DNA of 64,000 bases from the human T2T-CHM13v2.0 reference genome, Homo sapiens: the NCBI RefSeq assembly GCF_009914755.1, contig NC_060927.1; one strand, given 5' to 3'. The position numbers and the translations under genes are program-made. Below the pieces are notes generated by a model that saw only the letters and a list, made by a program, of their open reading frames with translations, had not been told where the DNA came from and did not search any database. Each line of letters opens with the position of its first letter. Positions within the stretch are counted from its first letter, which is position 1. Shown piece by piece: positions 52,586 to 64,000 of the stretch.

Positions 52586-53834
52586 TTTAATTTTTAATTT
52601 TATGGGTATATTGTAGGTGTATATATTTATAAAGTACCTGATATGTTTTTATACAGGCACGCAATGCATAATAATCACATTATAGGAAATGGCATATACA
52701 TTCCCTCAAGTATTTATCCTTTGTGCTACAAACAATCCAACTGTACTCTTTTAATTATTTTAAAAGGTACAATTAACACATTTTGATTATAGTCACCCTG
52801 TTGTGCTATCAAATACTAAGTCTCATTCATTCTTTCTAACTATTTTTTTTTGTACCTGTTAACCTTCCAAAACCCACCTTGCTCCAGTTAACCTTACCAG
52901 CATCTGGTAACCATCATTTTACTCTCTGTTTGTATGAGTTAAATTATTTTGATTTTTAGATTCCCCAAATAAGTGAGAACATGCAATATTTGTCTTTCTG
53001 TGTCTGGCTTATTTCACTTAACATAATGACTTCCAGTTCCACCCATGTTGTTGCAAACGACAGAATCTCATTTTTTATGGTTGAACAGTACTGTATTGTG
53101 TATATCTACCACACTTTCTTTCTTTATTCATCTGTTAGTGAACACTTAGGTTGCTTCCAAATTTTTGCAATTGTGAACAGTGCTGCAACAAACTTGGGAG
53201 TGCTAATATCTCTTCAAAATATTGATTTCCTTTCTTTTGAGTATATACCCAGGAGTGAAATTCCTGGATCATATCATTGCTTTATTTTTAGTTTTTTAAC
53301 TAACTTCCAAACTGTTCTCCATAGTTGTTGTACTAATTTACACTCCCATCAGCACTGTACAAGCTTTCCTTTTTCTCCACATTCTCACCAGCATTTGTCA
53401 TTGCCTGTCTTTTGTATAGAGTCCATTTTAACTGGGTGAGATGGTATCACATTGTAGTTTGATATACACTACTCTGATGATGAATGATGTTGAGCACATT
53501 TTCGTATGCCTGTTTCTCATTTGCACATCTTGTTTTGAGAAATTGCTATTCAAATATTTTACCATTTTTAAATTGGATTATGATATTTCTTTCCTATACA
53601 GCTTCTTGAGCTCCTCATATACTCTGGTTATTAATCCCTCATCAAATGGGTAGTTTGCAAATATTTCCTCCCATTCTGTGGGTTGTCTCTTCCCTTTATT
53701 GTTTCTTTTGCTGTGCAGAAGCTTTTTAACTTGATGTGATCCCATTTGTCAATTTTTACTTTGATTGCCTGTGCTTGTGTGGTATTACTCAGGAAATTTT
53801 TGCCAAGACTAAAATTTTTCCTGGAGAGTTTCTC

Positions 53835-53871
<37 letters not shown>

Positions 53872-54055
53872 GTAGTAGTTCCATAGTTTGAGGTCTTAGA
53901 TTTAAGTCTTTAATCCATGCTGATTTGATTTTTCTATATGTACTTTCAGTCTTTTGCCTGTGGATATACAGTATTCTCAGCACCATTTATTGAAGAGACT
54001 GTCTTTTCACCAGTGTGTGTTCTTGGCACCTTTGTCAAAAATGAGTTCATTGTAG
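52586..54055 (-). mobile_element. L1MA1/2-like 3' portion with internal (TG)n at 53840-53869
   Basis: Antisense L1MA 3'UTR and ORF2 peptides ([19 protein letters not shown]). Confidence 0.88.
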
Positions 54056-54779
54056 CGGTGTAACACATACCTGTTTCCCTTTGAATCCTCTCAGCAATGT
54101 GAGGATTGTAAAATAAACTCCCTCTTAATGTTTGGATAGCACTTACTTTGAGTCAACCCCCAACACACACACTTATTTACTTAAAACTCTTCTTCTCAGA
54201 ATCATTCTTTCCAGAATTCCTTTTACTTAATATTTCCAAAAACTCAAGGGTTATTAATCTGTTCTGTTTAGTCACTGGCATGCCCATCACTCTGCCCATT
54301 TGCTTCAAGGGTACTGGTGCAGGTGTTCTTAGTTTCTAGCGATTCCTGAAATTCTGAAGAATACCACTTTCCCCAGTACTAAACTCACATGTGGATCCTT
54401 GATCTTTAGAGTGGAATTCTTCCAGGTTATATTTCTGTGGGCCTTTCAACCTATAATGACACAATTAGTCTGGCACAGAACACCTTGTGTTAAATCTGCA
54501 CTTTGGCTGAAACTACACTTCCTTTTTAACAATAAAGACTGGCCTCTTATTGCATACCTTATCTCAATGTCTGTGTGGTGTTTTCTAGATGACAGATTGT
54601 TCAGGCCTACATCAGTCTATGAACATTTTCAGATTATTTGAACAGCAATGGTAAATGCATAACTTCCTTTTCTGTCGGATACTACTATGAACCATGCAAT
54701 TAGATCAACAAGTGGTATAAAGTTAGTGGCAACAGAAATCGCTCACCTCTAACTGTACTCTGGTTCTCTTCATAATTTC

Positions 54780-55180
54780 CTCACATGGTAAATATCCCTA
54801 ACTGCCTCCAATAGGTAAATGAATAAATAAACTCTTGTATACAGAAGAATGCTATTCTGCACTAAAAAAGAAATAGTTTTAGTACACCTAGTGTTTTGGA
54901 TGTATCTCAAAGGAATTTTGCTGAGTAAAAGATGTCAGTCACAAAAGTTACATATCTTATTTTCCTATTATTCAACATTCTCAAAAAGCCAAAATTATAA
55001 TGACAGAAATCAGAAAAGTGGTTGCAAGAGGACAGGGTTGAAGGGATAGCATAATAGAGTTATTAATGATGAATGAATTGTTCTGTGTCCTGATTGTGGC
55101 AGTTCTAATACCAAGGTATCTAAATGCTAAAATTCAGTAATAAATTCAACCAAAAAGAAACTTGAGTTTCATAATGTGAA
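54780..55180 (+). mobile_element. L1ME-like 3' end
   Basis: 'caataggtaaatgaataaataaact...ttgctgagtaaaagatgtcagtcacaaaag...gttctgtgtcctgattgtggc'. Confidence 0.7.
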
Positions 55181-55530
55181 AATATTTAGAAAAGAATAAT
55201 GAAAGAGAACACAGTTGAGAGGAAACAAATAAACAAAAAAATCCCCCAGAAAGTTTAAAATAATAATAAAGTCATTAAAATTAATGACCTTACATTTATA
55301 GAAACAAGAGATGTGTCAGTTTTATCATTAATCTGGGGATAATAAAGGCTGAATCTTATACAATTTTTTTGATTAGAAAGTGAAGAGAATTATTTGCATT
55401 CCTTTTAAAGCACTTGATAATACCTAGAAAAATTTCTTTGTGCCAATTTCTGATGGTAAATATTTTTATATGTGCTTCTGTAGATCATTCACTGATAACC
55501 ACAGAAACACTGACAGTAAAAAGCAATTTT

Positions 55531-55848
55531 GGCCAAGCGCAGTGGCTCACGCCTGTGATCCCAGCACTTTGGGAGGCTGAGGCGGGTGGATCATGAGGTC
55601 AGGCATTTGAGACCAGCCTGGCCAACATAGTGAAACTCTGTCTCTACTAAAAATACAAAAAATCAGCTGGGCATGGTGATGGGTGCCTGTAATCCCAGCT
55701 ACTTGGGCGCCTGTAATCCCAGCTACCCGGGAGGCTGAGGCAGGAGAATGCTGAGGTGGTGGTTGCAGTGGGCTGAGATCGAGCCACTGCACTCCAGCCT
55801 AGGCAACAGTATGAGACTCCGTCTCAAAAAAATAATAATAATAATAAT
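55531..55848 (+). mobile_element. AluSg-like with internal duplication and deletion; (AAT)n tail
   Basis: Dimeric Alu; 24-nt tandem duplication at 55681-55728. Confidence 0.9.
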
Positions 55849-56269
55849 TAGTAATGAATGTTCTAATTTTATATTTATACTCACATTTTATTCTTATACA
55901 AATGCCTTGACTCAGGTCTATTCATGTCTGTGTTACAAAGAAATATGAAGAGATTTTATTCATAATCACCCCAATCACCCATTTTAAATAATTGATTTAG
56001 GACTAATATAGGCAGATAATATAAATATTTTGTGTCTGTGTAGCTGTTTTTATTACATTTGGCTGTAATTTATGATACCTTGATGCAGCTGTTTTGTACT
56101 AAGTGTAAATTAGTTTCAGATAACATATTCTTTCAAGAAATGTCATCTTACGTGCCAAAGACAAACACTGTGCAAAATAATTTACCTTCTCTAGGTAAAT
56201 GGTAGTATCTCCATAAGTATCAGAATTAACTGCCATGAAGAGTTCAATGATGATGACAGTATTAGTAAT

Positions 56270-56470
56270 AATATTTATAGCTAAGATTAGTTTTGATGCT
56301 ATTGGATGCTACTTTGTGTTTCGGTTTTTGTTACAGTACATTCTCACAACAGTTTTATGGTTTATTAATATTTCCCTTTTGTAAAAGGAAATATGAGCTA
56401 CGGAGGGTTAAAGCTCTCAGGGTTTCACACATTGTCAATGTGTACCCAAAACATTAATCTAGGCTTTCTT
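56270..56470 (-). mobile_element. MIR
   Basis: 'ttctcacaacagttttatgg...aaggaaatatgagctacggagggttaa...tttcacaca'. Confidence 0.55.
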
Positions 56471-57242
56471 ATTCACACTTGAATAATTTCTAAACTAGTT
56501 TCCTGAACTTGGTTCTTAAATACCTATTTCAAACTAACTAAACTTTGAACATAAAGTAATGCCTCCACTTACAGTGTTAAATCTCTTGATTTATTTTTAC
56601 ACTGTTAATTCATTTCATACAGATGTCTATTTTTTCCTTTAAATATATATATATATTCCATATCATTCAGAATGTTCTGGGGTCTCTGCTTATTGATTTT
56701 GTAATTAGTTTTTATATTAACTTCCTTTTAAAATAATTTGTTTAATGTGTTATTTTAGCTTTTCTATTCTACATTAATTTTGTTTCTTGTGTGTGTTAGT
56801 CTGTTATGTATCTATGCCTACAGAGTGTTTTGGAATTTGCTTTTGCAAAACAGGTTTCAGGACCAAAGCAATTTTATTTTTACTTCTATGTTTGGACTTC
56901 TTATATCACCAAGTAGCATAAATTTAGAATGCTCTATGCTGTCTTTTAAATTAAGTTTGTGTTTTAAATTTCTCTTTTGTGACTTTTATTTTCCTAATCA
57001 TGTCTTGGATGGATGAAAAACTACATTTCTGCTTTCTTTGGCCAGTTTAGGAAGATATTTTTCTAAGTCTAGTTTCACAGAAAGTAGTTTTTTTCATGCT
57101 TCTAGCCTTTGACAAGGGGATTAGTTCTCAAAATTTCCCAGTAGATTTTAGAAATATTTTAGTGAATATTATCATATAAGCCTAGACTCTAGAACAGTAA
57201 CTTTGAAATCATAAGAAATTTTCACTTATAATGTAATCTAGG

Positions 57243-57267
57243 ACACACACACACACACACACACACA
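57243..57267. repeat. (CA)n microsatellite
   Basis: Direct inspection. Confidence 0.95.
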
Positions 57268-60200
57268 ACCACGTTTCCAAAATCAAAACTTACCTTTACC
57301 ATAGAAGATTCACTCTGACAAATGCTGCTAAGTATAATTTACAAAAGGTTGACAAACAACGGCACTCATTAAAATAAAAAATAAACATGTTTTAATGATT
57401 GTACTGGCCTTATTAATAAAAGACCTAATAAAACGCTAAGACAGTTTCAAATGACAGTTTGAAAAATAAACTATGAATAACAAATTGTATAAAGAACTAT
57501 TAGGGTAAGATCTCTGAGTAATATACAGAATTGATTAATGATCTACACAGAGACAGTAACTTTTATGGTTGTTGTATCTACTGCACTTCTGATATTTTCA
57601 TCTATCCTAGATAAAAATCTACAAGTTAACTTCTAATTGCATAAACGCCATTAGAAAATAGCCCATGCAATAAAAAGTAAACTAAACTTCTACCCAATAA
57701 TAATTTAATTCAAGAATACCCCAACATAATTTAATTTAATGCCCTGAGACTAATTTAAGCAATTTATTTTGACTAATTCTAATATTTATTTTTTTCTTCT
57801 GACATAACCGACTAAATTGATTTCAGTAATCTCTGATGGGCCAGAATACTCAGATTAAAAAAATAGTGCTGAAACCTAAACTATATCTGATACCCTGGCC
57901 TGCTATGACATTACTTTTATTTATCTCATAATCTTCTCTTTTTCTCTTTAATTCTAGAAATTAAGATTTTTTTCCTTTTTCCACTGTGAAAGATTATTTT
58001 AAAAACATTTTACCGAGAATTTCTATGTATTTTTGATATGCCTAGGAGGGGTCCATTCTACATTAGCTTCATGTGTCGTGTCGCTAGGTGCCCTAGCCAT
58101 CTATTTCCCACATTTCAGGCTAATTGCTTCAGACTTCATAGCTCAGTTGGAACACAGAGTGAGAGGATCATCAAACAGATGGATTTTGATCCTCCCACAA
58201 AGAGAATTATGGCCCCTGAAAATATATTTTATGCTATATTTAAAATTCAATCTCTTTCTCTTCTACTGCTTTAAATTCAGGGAAGTCTAGTCACATTATT
58301 TATGTAATCAAACTATGAAAAATTGTGGGGTCAGTAAAGATCTGATAAATGGAAAAAGTAAATGGAATCATATTCTTTCCTTTTTAAATGAGTTTTATAA
58401 TTTAAAAAATTGTGTTTGGAGGATAGATCTGGTTTCTTATTAAATAAAAGATTGCAAAGAAATATAAACAAAAGTTTAGTAAAATGCTTTGAAGTTAAGT
58501 ATATATATCATATTTTATATATTATCTCAAATTTTAATAAGTACAGCTTCATTATTCCAGTGAAATTATTTTTTAACAGATCTTGGCTAAATCTAAAAAT
58601 CCAACTTTGCCATTTCAGCATTAGCCTTATTTGAGTTTGCCTAACAATAGTAGTTGTTCATGGTGATATTACATAACAACCACTAAAAAACTCTATCAAG
58701 TTTCTACAAAAACACACAACGAAGAAAGTTGTAAAAATGAGCAACACAGTGACTTGTTATTAAGAAAAAAGTTAAGTATTCTCATCTCTGCTTGTCACAT
58801 AAGGAAATGAGTTGCTCTAGGAATCAAAGTATTTAATGTGTTATTTTGCAAAACATTGTCAATTCTTTAGTATAAACATCTGTCTTCTGACACCCAAGGC
58901 AAAAGTAGTGTGCTTTCTGGAAAAAAAAAAAAAGAAAAGCCTTTATTAAAATGTAAAATTGCTGGACTTTTAGAGCAAGATAGAGGAACACGTATTTGTT
59001 CATCCAATTCTCCATTTTCAAGTAGGCATCCAATCTTATTAGATAAAACAAAAATTCCCTTTTTATTCTGTTATTTAGAATACTGCAGTGATAGTTAACA
59101 TACCATTTTTTTGTTGTTGTTTCTTTACCCTTTTTGCACTGTTAGTTTGTGAGTAAGGCTTAACAATAATCACCCCAAATCATAAAAGATCACCAAAACA
59201 TGTGAAGATATTTGCTGGAAGCATTTGGATACATATATAAGTTGACCTTTTAAATTGTTATTTTATTAACTTTAAAGTTGCTTTAAAAAAGAGCAATGCT
59301 TCTTCCCCCATAAAGGAAGAAGCGAAAGTCTATTCTAATTTTTGAATATTTTGATAAAATTTGTTGTCCAAAGAGTAAAAAAAAATCTCCAAAGAAGTTC
59401 TTTATACAATTGCTTTTTAAGCTGTCAAATATTTATGTAGTTACTTCAACTCTTTTTTGAAAATGTGTCCTTTGTTGACATACTGTGTCATTTTGCTGTG
59501 ACCTATTTGTCTTTCTTTCATTGTATATGAAGTAATTCATTATGTATAATGGAAGCCCACTTTGTAAACAGAATAAATAATAGAATAATTTGAATAGCAT
59601 CGGTTTTTAATATTTTGTAAATTGCCTTTCTGTGTCTATAAAAAGGGAAAAAGGAAATGTGAATGACTTGAAATAATGAAAAATAAAGTTATATCTCAAG
59701 ATGTACATTTTATGTACATTTTATGTGTACTAAAATGCATTACTGGGGTCTTGGCTTTCACCAGAACACGGGGGAACATGTTTTTTTCATCATCTATGTT
59801 ACTGTTTATTTTTAACTAAAATACTATGAAAAGTGAAAATGTATAAGTATAAAAAATTCACTCATGTCTTGACTGCTTTTCAATTCTAGAGACTATTAGT
59901 TTTTTATAAGAATGAAAAGAAACAATCTAAATTACATTTGATTTAGTCATTTAACTGGCTGAGGAAAGTAATATACTAATTGACCATTAGCAGTAAACAC
60001 TATCTTGTTTATTAATTCCTAGATTTATAGCTTTATAAAATACTCTTTATACTTAGCAGTGTAACATATGCTTTTCATTTAATGGCTAGAAAGCATTTAT
60101 CTGCTACAAATTATTTTTTATTACAAATATTCCAAAATAATATGCCCATAAAAAACTCTGCCTGTACTCATCTCCTCATCTGTTTTTTGGAGTAAAGCTT

Positions 60201-60383
60201 TAATCCACAGAGAAAAGGGCAAAACAAAACAAAACCCAAAAAGTTACAGTCTCAGTGCAGAAGAGAAATCCACCTCATCCAGGAAAAGGGAAGGAATATG
60301 TGCTTGGCACAGTGATACATGTGTGGAGGAACAGTAACATTCGTGAAAGCCATACACTTGATAAACAGGTTTACAGTACCTAG

Positions 60384-61815
60384 TGAGAGGTGACAGCATG
60401 CTGGCAGCCCTCAGTCGCTCTCGGCGCCTCCTCTGCCTGGGCTCCCACTTTGGCGGCACTTGAGGAGCCTTTCAGCCCGCCGCTGCACTGTGATAGCCCC
60501 TTCCTGGGCTGGCCTAGGCCGGAGCTGGCTCCCTCAGCTTGCAGGGAGGTGTGGAGGGAGAGGCGCGAGCGTGAACCCAGGCTGCGCGCTGCGCCTGCGG
60601 GCCAGCTGGAGTTCCGGGTGGGCGTGGGCTTGGCGGCCCCGTACTGGGAGCAGCCGGCAGGCCCTGCCGGCCTCGGCAATGAGCGGCTTAGCACCTGGGC
60701 CAGCGGCTGCAGAGGGTGTGCTGGGTCCCCCAGCAGTGCCGGCCCACGGGCGCTGCCCTCGATTTCTCGCCAGGCCTTAGCTGCCTTCCCGCGGGGCAGG
60801 GGTCAGGACCTGCAGCCCGCCATGACTGAGCCTCCCCGCCCTCCTCCGTGGGCTCCTGTGCGGGAGGGAGCCTCCCCGACGATCGCCGCCCCCGCTTCAC
60901 GGCGCCCAGTCCCATCGACCACCCAAGGGCTGAGGAGTGCAGGCGCATGGCCCGGGACTTGCAGGCAGCTCCACCTGCAGCCCCAGTGTGAGATCCACTG
61001 GGTGAAGCCAGCTGGTCTCCTGAGTCTAGTGGGAACTTGGAGAACCTTTATGTCTAGCTAAGGGATTGTAAATACACGAATCAGCGCTCTGTCTCTAGCT
61101 CAAGGTTTGTAAACACACCAATCAGCACCCTGTGTCTAGCTCAGGGTTTGTGAATGCACCAATCGACACTCTGTATCTAGCTACTCTGGTGGGGACTTGG
61201 AGAACCTCTGTGTGGACAGTCTATATCTAGCTAATCTAGTGGGGACATGGAGAACCTTTGTGTCTAGCTCAGGGATTGTAAATGCACCAGTCAGCACCCT
61301 GTCAAAACAGACTACTCAGCTCTCTGTAAAATGCACCAATCAGCAGGATGTGGGTGGGGCCAGATAAGAATAAAAGCAGGCTGCCTGAGCCACCAGTGGC
61401 AACCCTCTGGGGTCCCCTTGCACGCTGTGGAAGCTTTATTGTTTCACTCTTTGCAATAAATCTTGCTGCTGCTCACTCTTTGGGTCCACACTGCCTTTAT
61501 GAGCTGTAACACTCACGATGAAGTTCTGCAGCTTCACTCCTGAAGCCAGCGACACCACAAACCCACCAGGAGGAAGGAACAACTCCAGATGCACCTCCTT
61601 AAGAGCTGTGACACTCACCGCGAAGGTCCGCAGCTTCACTCCTGAGCCGGCGAGACCACGAACCCCACCAGAAGGAAGAAACTCTGAACACCTCCGAACA
61701 TCAGAAGGAACAAACTCTGGACACGCTGCCTTTAGGAACTGTAACACTCACCGCGAGGGTCCCCGGCTTCATTCTTGAAGTCAGTGAGACCAAAATCCCA
61801 CCAATTCTGGACACA
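60384..61815 (+). mobile_element. LTR12C (ERV9) complete solo LTR, 1432 bp
   Basis: 'tgagaggtgacagcatgctggcag...ccaccaattctggacaca'; 4-bp TSD ctag at 60380-60383 and 61816-61819; CpG-rich U3, tctagct/ccaat repeats, U5 repeats. Confidence 0.96.
61020..61400 (+). promoter_or_regulatory. LTR12C U3 enhancer/promoter: CCAAT repeats, GC/GT box, GATA plus TATA-like 'agataagaataaaa'
   Basis: caccaatc at ~61116, ~61157 and ~61334; 'gtgggtggggccagataagaataaaagc' at 61350-61377; known ERV9 LTR promoter layout. Confidence 0.7.
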
Positions 61816-62034
61816 CTAGGAAGACTGAGACCCAATTGGACCATCAAAGAACGACCCAATCACCAGCACAAAGCTAATAAACTTGTAAGCTTTCAATACA
61901 AATAACGTTGGAACATAGCTAGGAAGACTTCAGGAGACAGATTCTCTTTGCAGAGTCTCTGGGAGGTAAGACCCTAACATAAATAGGGAGTTATAAACTA
62001 TGCATTACTAGAGATATCATAAATTATACTGTGA

Positions 62035-62373
62035 TTTTTTTTTGTGTATGTGGTTTGTTTTTTTGTTTTGTTGTCTTTTTTTGTTGTTGTTTGAGACGGA
62101 GTCTCGCTCTGTCGCCCAGGCTGGAGTGCAGTGGCGCGATCTCGGCTCACTGCAAGCTCCGCCTCCCAGGTTCACGCCATTCCTACCTCAGCCTCCGGAG
62201 TAGCTGGGACTACAGGCGCCTGCCACAGTGCCCGGCTAAGTTTTTGTATTTTTAGTAGAGGCGGGGTTTCACCGTGTTAGCCAGGATGGTCTCGATTTCC
62301 TGACTTGGTGATCTGCCCGCCTCGGCCTCCCAAAGTGCTGGGTTTACAGGCCTTAGAGCCACCGCACCCGGCC
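62035..62373 (-). mobile_element. AluY with long degenerate tail
   Basis: AluY diagnostics; TSD tatactgtgat. Confidence 0.94.
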
Positions 62374-62393
62374 TATATACTGTGATATGTTTT

Positions 62394-62482
62394 TATAGTG
62401 TATGTGTATGTGTAGGGAAATGTCATATACGTATAGTGTATGTGTAGGGAAATACATATAGTGTATGTGTAGGGAAATGTCA
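62394..62482. repeat. Short imperfect tandem repeat (tatagtgtatgtgtagggaaat) x3
   Basis: Direct inspection. Confidence 0.85.
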
Positions 62483-62838
62483 GACAACAGGGGAAGAAAA
62501 GAATGATTTGGGAATGTAAGGTTCTTCTACATGTGCAGCAATTTCGTATTATTTGAAGGAGGTGTCAGACCACTTTATAATACATATTATAAATCCTAAG
62601 ACACACACACACACAGAGAATTTTTAAAAATAAGCTTAAATAATAACCCAATAAATTAGACAAATAAAATAGTTAAAATTGATTAATCACAGAGAAAGCC
62701 ACAAAATAGGAAAAGAACAACAAAGAATAAAGGGAACAGATAGTAAACTGGTAGCAGAATGGTATGATTTTTTTTAAGTACATAGATGGGCATAATAGTA
62801 AAGTAAGTTCTCGTAAGCCATACCCAAATATATACTGT

Positions 62839-63236
62839 TGTATTAGTCCGTTCTTGCATTGCTATCAAGAAATGCTGGAGACTGGGTAATTTATAAAGAA
62901 AAATGGTTTAATTAGCTCACTGTTCTGCAGGTTAGCTTCTTCTTGAGTTCTGGTCGGGGGCCGCTCAGGACACTTTCAATCATGGTGGAAGGCAAAGGGG
63001 AAGCAAGCACCTCACATGGCCGGAGCAGGATAAAGAGAGAGAGGGGAGGTGATACACACTTTTAAACAGCCAGATCTCATGAGAATTCTGTCACAAGAAC
63101 AGCACTAGGGGAATGGTGTTAAACCATGAGAAATCACCCGTCTGATTCAGTCACCTTCCGCCAGGCCCCAACTCCAGCGTTGAGGATTACATTTCAACAG
63201 GAGATTTGGATAGGGACAGAGATCCAAACCGTATCA
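62839..63236 (-). mobile_element. MSTA/MSTB-like solo LTR
   Basis: 'tgtattagtccgttcttgcattgcta...gatccaaaccgtatca'. Confidence 0.88.
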
Positions 63237-63298
63237 CCTGGTATCAATAAATCCATTTAAAATATCAACACATAGATAAGTTAAAAGAAGGGAGAAAA

Positions 63299-63597
<299 letters not shown>

Positions 63598-63621
63598 GGG
63601 AGAAGAAAAATACCATTTAAT

Positions 63622-63652
<31 letters not shown>

Positions 63653-63853
63653 ATATATATATATGTATATATGTGTATATGTGTATATGTGTATATATGT
63701 GTATATGTGTATATGTGTGTATATATGTATATATGTGTATATGTGTATATATGTGTATATGTGTATATATGTATATGTGTATATATGTATATGTGTATAT
63801 ATGTATATGTGTATATATATGTATATGTGTATACATGTATATATATACACACA
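63622..63853. repeat. (CA)n followed by (TATATGTG)n-type alternating purine-pyrimidine tract
   Basis: Direct inspection; about 230 bp. Confidence 0.95.
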
Positions 63854-63859
63854 TAATTT

Positions 63860-64000
63860 CCAGCATAAGCAATATAGTGAGACCCTATCTCTATAAAAAA
63901 TTTAAAAATTAGCCCAGTACGGTGGTATGTGCCTATAGCTCTAGCTACTGGGAAGCTAAGGCAGGAGAATTGCTTAAGCCCAGAATTTTAAGGCTGCAGT
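63860..64000 (+). mobile_element. AluJ fragment (window-truncated)
   Basis: 'caatatagtgagaccctatctcta...attgcttaagcccag...aggctgcagt'. Confidence 0.82.

Noticed and set aside
52981-53439. 152-aa hydrophobic ORF
   Set aside because: Antisense reading of an L1MA 3' region.
60390-61061. 223-aa GC-rich ORF and overlapping ORFs
   Set aside because: Entirely within the LTR12C U3; long frames reflect GC richness, with no recognisable domain.
61020-61790. Repeat-spacer-like arrays (tctagct/ccaat units and gtaacactcacc units)
   Set aside because: Normal internal tandem repeats of the LTR12 U3 and U5 regions.

Overview
AT-rich, repeat-dense primate nuclear DNA. AluY, L1PA2/3-like and LTR12C elements point to a hominoid, probably human; I cannot place the locus. 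No host protein-coding gene, tRNA, rRNA or CRISPR array is supportable. The longer ORFs are broken L1 ORF2 pieces, Alu/LTR read-throughs or simple-repeat translations. Roughly two-thirds of the window is L1 (L1PA2/3, L1PA3/4, L1PA8, L1PA15/16, L1PB, L1MA-L1ME), Alu, MaLR (THE1, MST, MLT1) and ERV1/ERV9 LTRs, plus MIR and MER81. Subfamily calls are by eye from remembered consensus motifs, not from RepeatMasker. I found no evidence for a new gene system. The interesting signal is in retrotransposition and DNA-repair scars. (1) A ~280 bp patchwork of hairpins and locally templated repeats at an Alu/L1 junction (40432-40710). (2) Two young L1s 3.6 kb apart, each 5'-inverted and each apparently carrying a short 3' transduction; one is nested inside a third 5'-inverted L1PA8. 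(3) Several fold-back/template-switch palindromes inside repeats. (4) A left-monomer-only Alu with intact TSDs. (5) A complete solo LTR12C with CCAAT arrays and a nearby splice donor.
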